Part shown: one piece after another, positions 52,866 through 64,000 of the stretch
How positions within the stretch are numbered: the stretch's first letter is position 1
How the letters are laid out: every line of letters starts with the position of its first letter
NCBI GenBank assembly: GCA_030770535.1
Contig: JASVEC010000026.1
Location: 186,001-250,000, forward strand
Direction of reading: 5' to 3'
Length of the DNA stretch: 64,000 nt
Source: Batkoa obscura
Lineage: Eukaryota
Notes under the pieces: model-generated
The model's database searches: none
What the model was told of the DNA's origin: nothing
Seen by the model: the letters and a program-made list of their open reading frames with translations, nothing else
Program-made: the position numbers and the translations under genes

Positions 52866-53327
52866 TGTGAAATATTGTTTATTTAGCTCTCGGATTGATT
52901 ATAACACAACAATCACTTAAGTTGCTGTGTTCTCAAGTTCAAACACAATCAAGTTAGTCCCTTATTTTGATTTGCTTCGAGAATTTCTAACTTCATATTG
53001 CAAGGAATAACATCCTCTCGTTTTGATATCCATATTTATTGGAGTATAAAAGAGATTCTTCAACATGATAACTCGAGGCTTTTTAACTGAATTACTCCCT
53101 GATAAGGTATCATTAATAAAGCCACTAGGTCTTTCTGACAACATCTTACGTAGATTTTACAGTAGTATCTTCTATTCTATTTGTTTTACATAGTTCATAG
53201 CCTATTGCACACTATTCTTATTCATTTAAGTCTATCTTAGTCACATAAACTAAGACCGTTCGACTCAAGACAAGTTAATCAACCAAGAAATACTTTTAAC
53301 TCCTATTACTGAGTACCAACTTTCACA
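52866..53327 (-). mobile_element. Solo LTR, inverted copy of 45186-45644
   Basis: Colinear reverse-complement match over its full length; TGTGAAA...TTTCACA termini; flanks do not form a TSD. Confidence 0.85.
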
Positions 53328-53950
53328 CTTGGTATATATTTAAAAAATGTTGACCTAGCTACTGTTTTATCTTTTAAATCATTAAAATACTTACTGTATA
53401 TCATTCTTCTACTTTTATTTAATATATATATATTCTCTGACGAATATTTATCATTATTTTTTTTACTAAATCTTGATGAAATAGTTGAATTATCAAGTAA
53501 ATATTGTATAATAATCTCAATTTGCTCATCTTTAATTTTTTTTGTATTTTTAATAATAGGTTGTAATATTGATGTTTTATTATTACTAATTATTTTTGAA
53601 CAATCATATTGATTTTTACTTATATTAAATCTAAAACTTTTACATTCATCAAAAGAATATACTGAAGCTGTAGTTGATAATAATACTACTTGTTGGTTTT
53701 TATTTCCTGTTTCCTTTAAAACACTAATTTTATACATTACTTGATTAAGTTTGTTGTTATTAATAGTAAACTTTAATAACTTTTCTTTTCTTTTTTTTAT
53801 TTTATTATAAAATTCCATAAACTCTGGGCTATTGTAAATAGCTATTAAAATTAATGTAAATGAATTACAATGTTTATATAATGTGCTTTTTCCTATTGTA
53901 TTAAAAATTTCAAAAATTCTATTTTGAAATTTAGCTATAAAAGTTTGCAT
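53328..53950 (-). mobile_element. Truncated candidate DNA-transposase N-terminal fragment
   Basis: Lys-rich ORF with IIQYLLDNS...YILNKSRRMIYSKYF...VARSTFFKYIP, resembling pre-catalytic regions of DDE transposases; cut exactly at the LTR boundary. Confidence 0.45.
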
Positions 53951-54356
53951 TTGTTTTTATTTCAACTAAATTTAATATTTATAAAATATATCTAATAGAT
54001 AACATTTTATTATTATTTTATAAAATTTATTTGTTGTTTTTTATATAAAGTAATTTTATTATATATTTAATAAATAATTATTATTAATTTTTATTATGAT
54101 GTTTATTTTTAAAATAATATTTTAAAGTTTTTGATGTTCTTTAAAAATTAATTAATTTATATAAAACAAGTGTTTAATTTAATAATATACAATTTTTTAT
54201 AAATATATATATTTAAAGTAGAAAATTAATGTTATGAAATAACTTATTTAACAATAACATTTTACAATTATAAAGTTAAATAATAAACAAAACTAAAACA
54301 AAGTTAATAAATGTTTTATTATTAAAAATAAAATATCATTAATAAATAATTTCTCT

Positions 54357-55635
54357 TGAGCATGTCTAACTCATTATTAGATTTTTATTTAGTTGATTAC
54401 CAAAACGTAGTTTTTTAAATTTAATAAGAGCAAAAATTAATGAAAGAGTAGTAATAATTATGAGATTAATATTTAAAGCTGTAAATTTGTTTGGTGGATT
54501 AATTTTCTTAATTAAGATGCTTAAGGTTTGGAAATATATACAATAAACCAGCAAGAAAATCACAATTATTATTAAAATATTCGCTCAGTTTGTGTTACAA
54601 AGATATATTGAGTTAATTTATGCTCTTTAGTATATAAATTTCTTCCAAAGTGGATAATTTAAAAGATCCTGATTATATAGGTAGTTTGATTTAAAATATC
54701 TTAATGCAATCATATTGATATGGGGATATTTTTTTGGTTCCATTACTTTTCCATCTTTTAAGCGCTATTTGAGTGGAAAGATTGTTAGTAGAATTCTTAA
54801 ACAAAAAAATACATCCCCATATCCTCTCTGTTGGCTTTAAAGTGTTTTATTGATAATGAATAGCACAAATTTCGCTTGAACTATCCCTTAACTTCACGCT
54901 TTTTAATAGTTTTAAATTCATAAAGTATTTGATATCAAAACTACGATTAAGATTGCCCTCAATTTCTAACTGTAAATAATATGAATCAAAGTTGATATTT
55001 GAATTGATGTTACAGAAGATATAATAGCTAACACAATCGCTTTTAACTGTAGTTTTTCTAACTTATTAAAACTTTGTTTAATAATATCTAAGCCATCAAG
55101 TTCTAATATAAATATAGCACTCACCTTCACTGACTTTAAAATATCTGGGTTTAAATAGTTAATAAAATCTTTGATTACTATTTCCTCTTCACTATAATGA
55201 AATATTTTGATTTGATTTAAAATAAGATTTGAACAGATTTAATAAAGAACGCTCGTATGGATTTATAGTTAATTTTTTCAAATATGGCAACTCAATTCTT
55301 ATTTTAATCTTATCAATGTTACCTAAATTAATATCACTGCTATGCTGAATAGATGTCAAATCGGGGCAATAGTTTAAATATTTAGTATCATCATTATATA
55401 AATTTAAATGTAGCATCAACATCCCGTTTTCTTTAATAAACTCCTCTTGATAATGTTCATATTGTTGAAATACTTTCTGATTATAAACGGAACAAATTAA
55501 GTTATATTTTATAACACCACTTATAACTTCAAACAAATATTTACTCAAAAAGTGGTATTCAAGTAGCTCAGCTGGATCCGAAATTTGAAAACTTTCTGTA
55601 ATAAAAGATCTGGCAACAAATCGAACTTCAATGAT
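54357..55635 (-). pseudogene. Frameshifted F-box/LRR paralog with MITE insertion
   Basis: ISLKFDLLPDLLLQKVF (ATG apparently mutated to ATA), frameshift into DPAELLE, YLNYCPDL; C-terminal LLYIFPNL...NQLNKNLIMS*. Confidence 0.85.
54722..54818 (-). mobile_element. ~97-bp MITE copy 13
   Basis: GGGG...CCCC termini; ATAT flanks; inside the F-box pseudogene. Confidence 0.92.
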
Positions 55636-56272
55636 ATTTGATGACAAATTGAAATAAATTTAAATTTAATAGAAAGCATCTGATTTATCTTCTTTAAATA
55701 CTTTCAATCTACCATATACTTTTTATAAATATAGTTTATTGTAAAGTAGTGATAATAAATCAATCATTTTTAAATAAATATTGGTAATCAATATAATTAA
55801 CGTTAGTTATTTATTGTTAAATATCAAATATATTTACCAAAAATACATTATAACATATTGAATTATTAAACAAAGTAACCAAGTTTTAAGACTTTTATCA
55901 TATTGAGGCTTTATTTGAAATACCAAATGAAATAAACTTTCATAATCAATTAAACTAAGTTCAATATATATCTTTATAATATTAATATATCAAAAAAATA
56001 TTTGTTCAATTCTATAAGCTCTTGAATGCATTATTATTTATTTATTTCATGTTCTTTATGTATTACATGATCATATCTATTTATCACTTTAATTATATTA
56101 ACATTGATTTAAGTCCAATAAAAAAAAAACTATTTTCAAGATATAAAAAGTGAACAATGTTTTTAAAAAGATACTTCATTCCAAAAAAAACGTAGATTGG
56201 AATCTTGAATTTCAACTTTGAGTTAAAAATTAAAACTCATACTCTTTTTTAGAAACTTTTTAATCAATTAAA

Positions 56273-57265
56273 ATGTAAGCTTTTTATTACTACACTCTTG
56301 ATATTTCACTAACGATACACTCAATCTATTAGGTCTGAATATTGGGTTAGTGGTAAAAAAATTTGGTGTAAATTTTGTAAGATATTCGTCTACGATAATA
56401 AACCAGTAAGTTGTTTGATTTCTATTTCAAATTTAACATAATAATCCATTCATCATTACTTTAAATCATAATATCATTAAAACTGATATTATTTCTTTTT
56501 TTTCTATAGAGTCGTTTACGTCATGATAACAGTGAAAAGCATAAAGTAAATGTAGCTCGATATTTGAAAGATGTAGAAATTACAAGTAAAACAAAAAAAG
56601 AAGAACAAAGAAAAGTAGATTTGGAATTAAAAAGGATCGAAAAGGTAAGTAGAAAAAATAGTAATTGATAATTAGTTTATTATTCTTTATTAAGTTAATT
56701 TATAGAATTTTGGAATTTATTTTTTTTATTGAGTAATTTTCAATTTTAATTATTTTAGATTGTAGGCTCCAATTTCACCAATACTTCAATAACAAAACCT
56801 TCATCTTCATCAACGAACACTTCTTCAGCAATCACTATACAAAAACCAACTAATTCCACTCCAACGATCAAAAAGAAACCTGTACAAGAAGTACCCTTAA
56901 TAGCTCCCAAAGTACCTTTACCCCAACCCAGTTTAACAGAACAATATGAAACTATTAAAAAAGATAAAATTATATTAGAAGGTAAAATAGGTAAATGGGA
57001 AGTAGTTACAGAGAGTAAAATGGAGATGATAGAAGATGAGAAGGAGTTGAGAGACGGTGAGGATAAAGAAGATAGAATTAAAGATCCAGAAGATTTAAGA
57101 GAGTTTCAATTTGAAACTAAAAAAGAAATTGGTGAAGTGGAATTACCTGAATTTTTAAAAAAAGATACAATAAAATTAGAAGAAGGAGGGAAAGTTGAAA
57201 GTATAACAAATGGATTTAAAAAGAGAAAAATGGGGAATCGAAATTTACGTAAAAAAGAAGAATAA
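56273..57265 (+). CDS. U1-type/matrin zinc-finger splicing protein (WBP4/FBP21-like)
   Basis: Spliced ORF MSEYWVSGKKIWCKFCKIFVYDNKPSRLRHDNSEKHKVNVARYL, later GKIGKWEVV and terminal FKKRK...RNLRKK; ATG split by intron 56275-56332. Confidence 0.82.
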
Positions 57266-57383
57266 AGTTCAAAAATATAACAATATAAATTAATAAAAAA
57301 TATAAAAAAAATATAATAATAAATAATAATAAAAATATTTATTATTTTATTTATTTATTTATTTATTTGATAATAAGAATTAA

Positions 57384-59897
57384 TTAGTGAAATCCAAAAG
57401 CATCTTGAATTAGATTTAATTCATTCAAAATTTCTAATTTTAATTCATTATACAATTCATTATTTAACCTATAATTTGTTCGTTTTTTCGCTTCAATCTT
57501 CGTTTCCATTTGTTCAAATGTACCTATTTCATTTCCAGTTATTATAGGTGATAAATTAGGTGAATTACTTGCACTTGTATTATTAATGGTATTATTACTT
57601 TTGCCCAAATTTTGACTTTGACTTTGATTTAACTTATCTAATACCAAATTCAAATTCAATTGTGACATACTATTTTCTTTATCATTATTTTCCATTGGCT
57701 TAGTACTCGATAATCTTGTAGAAAATCGAAAAGATTTTAATTTAGAACTTTTACTATGATTTGTTCGAGTTTCAATTGACGTTTCGATTATAGAACCTTG
57801 GAAATTATCAGATAATTGAGACATTGGTATTGATATTGAATCATTTGTTTTAGAATTATTAGAATGAATTCGACTCATATAAATAGGTTCTAATTCATTA
57901 TAACATACTTCTAATGGTAAATATTGAACTTGATTAATTTCTTGTTGAAATTCATGAATGAAAGATAAATTAGGTAATTTTTTCATAAATTGAATTATTG
58001 TTTTTGTTGCATAATAATATACTTGATAAGGTAATAAATCATTATTATTATTATTATTATTATTAAATACTGGATTAAAAATAGTGGATTTTATAATGAG
58101 TATTAAATGATTAATTATATTAAAATAATTTAAAATAGTATTATCAATACAACATTGTAATAAAAAACATTTGATACCAATAATACTAATTAAATACATA
58201 AATGAATTTAATGTTCGATTTTTATCATTTAAATTAATATCTTTTTTAATTATCAAATACTTACTTATTATATCCAAAAAGAAAACATTAAATTTCATAT
58301 TTTCATTATTATTTTCTTTCTTAATAAACTTTAACTTACAATAAAAAGGAATTAATATAAATTGAAAATTCAATATATTATTTTGATCCAATTTCATTAC
58401 TTCTTGAATAACATTACCATCTTCTTTATCACTTAATAATAATAATAATTCAACTATAGAATTACCTAATAATTGAGCAGATTGAAAATTCTTTAATGTT
58501 AAATTTTCTATACATTTTTTACAATCTCTTAACATATTATGTAATATAGGAATAAAAGGTACCGTTCCATAAGTATCATGATTAGGTGCAGTATTCTTAA
58601 TTAATTCAATAATTCCCATAATTAAATTAGTTAATTTATCTGGCTTATTACAATCATTAATAATTGTTCTTATTATTGTTAATAAATTAAAGCTTAATTG
58701 TGCTTTTGATATTGGATCTAATGTAGTATTAATAATGAATCGAGTATAACATTCAATTGGATAACAATTTTTTAATAATTGATAATTATTTTTAATAATT
58801 GACTTGAAAATAATTATTAAATCTTCTTGATCTTGTTGATTTAAATTAATACCACAATATTGTAATTTACCAATTAATTTAATAATTTCCAATTTAATTG
58901 TAGTTTTATCATTTTGTTGCCAATGTTTACCATAATTTGATTGCATAAAATTACTATTATTAATATCCTCATCCATTTCATTATTTCCCATTAATTTAGA
59001 AAATAGTGTTCTCTTCTTTGAAAACTTAGTGAATATAGTTAATAAAGATTTAATTCCTAATTCTACAATCCCAGAGCTTTCAATATCTCGTATAAATAAT
59101 GGTAATAAATAACTTAAGATACTAACGAATTGTTCTGATCTTAAGGACCCTGGATCATAAGCTATAATTGTAATAAATAATTTGAAACAATTTGAGATTG
59201 AAAATGGTCGAAATATTTTAATATCTCCTTCAATATCTAATGATTTTGTTTTTTGTAATATTAATTGATTTAAATTAATATTAATATTAATATTAATATT
59301 ATTATTATTATTATATGTATTGTTATTATTATTTTCCATTTGTAAATTCCATTGTAATTTAAATGGATCATAAATTGGATTAGATTGAAATAATTGAAAC
59401 CAAGTAAATAATTGTTCACTTAATAAATTAACTTTAAATTCATTAACATTTCTATTCTCTAATATAAAAGGAACTAAAGAACCTAACATTTGAAATAAGA
59501 AAGCTTCTCTATGTAAATTAAATAATAAAACAATTCCATATTCAATACCAAGTTTACTTTGATTACATTTTAATTGATAATAAACTTCAAATAAAGTATT
59601 AATAAATAATGAATATCCTGTTTTTATAGAAAATAATCGTTTAAATTGAATGGCTATTTTAATATATAATCTCATACATCTTGATAATATATTAAAATTA
59701 GTATAATGACTTAATACAATTCGATTAATTCCTTCTAATATATTATTTAATCCATCTAGTTCTTGATAACTCCAATCTAAATATAATAAAATTGTTTCTA
59801 TTAAATTTAACCAAGAGTGAGAATGTAAATAAGATATTGATAAAAATCGTATATCTTTTAATAATTCAGAAGATAAATTCAAAGGTAATATTCTTAA

Positions 59898-59941
<44 letters not shown>

Positions 59942-61032
59942 AATTTAATTCTTTTTTGTTTTGTTGAAACAACCAATTAACTGGTTCAAATTTTTTAATT
60001 AATTTAATAATATTAATAGCATCATGATTGGAATTAATAATTAATTTGGTCATATAATTAGCTTGTGAAATTCTTAATATAATTAAATCAAATAAAGGTT
60101 TTGGTATTAAATTCAATATTTTTATATTATTATTATCACTATCTATTATATTATTTATAAATTGATTAATTGAATATCTAAAAAAATTATTAGGTTCTTG
60201 TAATATTAATTGTCCATCAAAAAATAAAGCAAAATCTAATTTAGCTTTTTTTAATTCTCTAAATGTAACTTCATAACATGAACTTAAAACTCGACTTAAT
60301 ATAGCTAATAATTTACTAATTAATTCCAAATCTTGACTTAATTTTTCTCGATAATTATATCTTAAAAATCCTAATAAATAATTATGATATTGAAATGAGA
60401 ATTGAATTGGTAATTTAGATTTCATTAATATAACATTCGATAAATTAAATAAACTATTGTTATTACTATTAACTTCTAATTGATTTAAATAATACCTTAA
60501 TAACCAAAGTGATTGATTACGCATTAAATTAATAATTAATTCTGATTGTATTGATGATTGTAAATGAGTATGATTGGTTACTTCATCAACTAAATAATTT
60601 ATAATTTCTTTATTTAACATAGTAAATAAAGGTTTTGATATTAAATGATTAGATGAATTTAATTCATTAATATTATTATTTAAATTATTTAAATATTTAT
60701 CAAAATAACAAATATCATCTAAGGTTTGAGAATATAATGTAATTGGATAAACACCTGATTTAAATTCCATTATTAAATCATCATCTGAATCATCTTCATC
60801 CCAACCTAATTGTCTTATTGTTTTTAATTCTTCATTATTAGTATTTGGTAATTTGAATTTAGTTAATAATATTGATTCTTCTAATATTGGTTCTGAAGTT
60901 CCTATTATTGTTGATACATATTTTAAATTAGCTCCTAATCTTCTAAATGGTCGATCTGGAAATTTTATAAATGAATAATTTTTTGTTATATTTCTTTTTA
61001 AGTCCATTAATCGAAATAAAAAAGATATTATA

Positions 61033-61067
<35 letters not shown>

Positions 61068-61317
61068 TATAATTAATATATTTAATTTAACTTTAATAAA
61101 TTCCAATGCATTTGATTCATCTTTTTCAGCAGCAAATAAAAATAACAACATAGCATCTAAATTAAAATCTCCTAAAATAATTCCTAATTCCCAAATTATA
61201 TCATAAACACTTCGATATTCTACTTTAGTAATAAAAGCATATACTGTTAATAATAATGTAAATACACTTAATTTCTTACTAGTACTAAATAACTGTTGAT
61301 AATTAATAATAAATTTG

Positions 61318-61349
<32 letters not shown>

Positions 61350-64000
61350 GGAATCAATTGGTGATTGAATTAAATTATTATTCATATTATTATTCATATT
61401 ATTCATATTATTATTAGAATTAGATACTATTGATGGAAAATAACTTTCCCTTTTTTGATTATTAATTGTAAATTCATTAAAATAATTGAAATATTCAATT
61501 TCAATTTCTTTTAATTCCATAATAATCATATTAAAATCAAATACTAAATAAGATTCTATATAATCTCTCATAATCCAATTTAAATAAGGAGATAACCAAC
61601 CTGGTCTTTTACTACATGGAATAAATTTTTGAATTTGTAATAAACAACAACAAATTAAATGTTGAATTATTGGATGATATTTTAAATCTTTTAATTTTTG
61701 TTTAGCTGTTAAAAATATTGAGATTTGATTTTCAATAGCTAAAAAATAATTTTTATATTTATTAAATTGATCTTCATTTAAATTGTTTCTATCTTGATAC
61801 AATTCTTCCATTGTATTAATAAATTTGCTTAAAAATAATATTTGACCTATTGAATAATTTTTTTCTCCACCTAAATCTGTAAATAATATTACTGAGAACA
61901 AATCTATATCAACAAACATTAATTCAGTTGAAGTAATACATCGACTTAATACTTCTATTAAGACACATAAATTACTACTAATAACACTATCCTGTGTTGG
62001 TATCATTTTGATTAATGGTGTATAAAATGCATAAGGATATAAATTTTTTAATTTTAATAAGATTGTCTTTAAATCTTCTGTTATTGTTATATTGGGATCC
62101 AACTGAAACTTCTATTAAAATTAAAATTAAAATTAAAAATTAAAATTAAAATTAAAAATTATTATTATTATTATTAGTTATTAAATTTACCTCAAATAAA
62201 ATAGGAATTGTTTCAGTAGCTAATATTTCAGCTAAATAATTATTACTAGTATCAATAGCAACACGATAAATAAATAAACATTTATGAGATAAATCACAAC
62301 CTTTAAACTAATCAAAATATTCATTTAACTAAATTCTATTCTATTCTTATTTAAAAAATGTAAACTTACAAATTCCTTTAATCCTATAAAATATATATTT
62401 TCTAATTTCAATTCAAATAAAGTATTCATTAAATTTCTTGATAGTTTAATAATTGTACAAAATTTATCAAATTTATCTTGATAATTTGTATCAGATTGAC
62501 CAGGTGTTATTAAAGATAAACCAATCATTGAACAGATAGATAATAATTGAATATTTAATGAATTGAATTTTAATATTAATTCTTTGTTAGATGTTATATA
62601 TTTATAAATTAATCGTTGTAATTGACATATAAAATAGAAATTGGTATCATCATTAGAATTCAATAAATAACATAAAATAGAATAAGCTATTTATATAAAA
62701 ATAAAATTATTATTATTATTATTATTATGTATTATTATATATCATTATATATTATTAATATATAAAAACTTACCTGAAAATAAAAATGTTTCATAAAATG
62801 TTTTTATCTGTATTATTTCATTATACTTAGGCCATGGTTTCTGAATAAAGTATCTTCATTAATTTTTATCTTCAATTTACTATTAAAAAAAACTATTTAC
62901 CTCTAACAATAATTTCATAGCAAATTCTCTTACTTCACTTACTGGTGAAGCCAATGATCTCACCAAAGATCCATATAATGTCAACTCAATTGGACAATTT
63001 TGTTCTGTCATTTCCATCATTAAAACATCTCCTTTTTTAGAAATTATTGTAATTAAATCTATCGTTAATTTTTCAATTAACTTATCATAACCTTGATTCA
63101 ACTTAGTTGATTCACTTAATCCTAAGGAATGAATCAAACTATCTAATATAATTTCATATTCATAATAAGTAAGTTTAAGTTGATCATTTAAAAATGTTTG
63201 TTGAATTAAATGTTTTAAATTATTTAAAGAGAGTTCCTAAAAAAAAATTTAAATTTAATAACTAAATAATTGAATTCTTATTATTATTCTATTAAAACTT
63301 ACTTTAATCTTATTAGATGGTGAATTTAAGATACATAAATAAAGCCCTAATAATTGATAAATTTGCTATTTAAGATAATTAAATTAATAAATTATTCCTT
63401 TTGAAAATTTTAAATAAAAAAATAAACTTACCGCTGGTATTGTAGTTGGATATTCTAATTGTAAATATTGCAATGCAGTTAAAGCCTTATGACCCACTTG
63501 TTCTAAAAAAAAACGGAACATCAAAACATATTTTAAATATTAATTAGAAAAAAAACTTACCATCAAACTCTCTTAATCGAAATGGGATAAATAAAAATGC
63601 TAATAGTTGTCTTCTTAATGAAAATGGTAAGCTTTTCCTTTCTGCACGTTCAAACTTACCCAGTAACTGTTGAGCTTGATTGAGAGCTTTCATATATCCT
63701 ATATATGCTTCTTCTTGAATTGGGGAACTAAAGAAACCACCAGAACTGAAAGTACCATGTAATGAATTCTGTATCAAACTACCAAACCTTGTAGCTGTTG
63801 GACTACTTGAACCTGGCATTGGCTGAATATTAGGTAAATTTTTTAAAGTACCAGTTATAGTTGGAAAAGCAATGGAACTTCGATGACCTTCTTTTTCATT
63901 TAATACTAAAATATGGATCACTTTTCTTAATTCTTGAATTATTCGTTTGGATTCTGTTTTTGGTTGACGTGGGGACTTGAAGGCTTCAATACGTCGATGG
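57384..64000 (-). CDS. UNC80: UNC80-like large alpha-solenoid protein (5' end beyond window)
   Basis: LFSIKTGYSLFINTLFEVY...IEYGIVLLFNLHREAFLFQMLGSLVP and FITIIAYDPGSLRSEQFVSILSYLLP resemble the conserved UNC80 C-terminal blocks as recalled; multi-exon; poly-Asn tracts. Confidence 0.75.

Overview
A very AT-rich eukaryotic window with short GT-AG introns (mostly about 40-60 nt). The gene content (myosin-motor chitin synthase, Ufe1, Grh1, Gis2/CNBP) points to a fungus, most plausibly an early-diverging one (Entomophthorales/Zoopagomycota-like); this is inferred, not proven. Positions 1-37 kb are a compact housekeeping block: kelch membrane protein, class V/VII chitin synthase, Mrs2-type Mg transporter, CENP-K-like, Pcc1, bL35m, a decayed DHHC gene, Ufe1, Grh1, a heme oxygenase with N-terminal Cys-Pro repeats, DUF1365, a Cdc1/MPPE1-like phosphoesterase, Rtf1, CNBP and a DUF2306-like protein. 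Positions 38-56 kb are an accessory island: a co-oriented array of intronless F-box/LRR-like paralogs (3 intact, 3 decayed, plus a 7th relic at 20 kb), interleaved with two inverted solo LTRs, a hAT relic and a truncated candidate transposase. A ~97-bp MITE with 4-bp AWWT target duplications (Sola-like) occurs 13 times across the window, mostly in this island. The window ends with a WBP4-like zinc-finger gene and a large UNC80 homolog that runs off the edge. All calls come from manual reading; no database searches were run.
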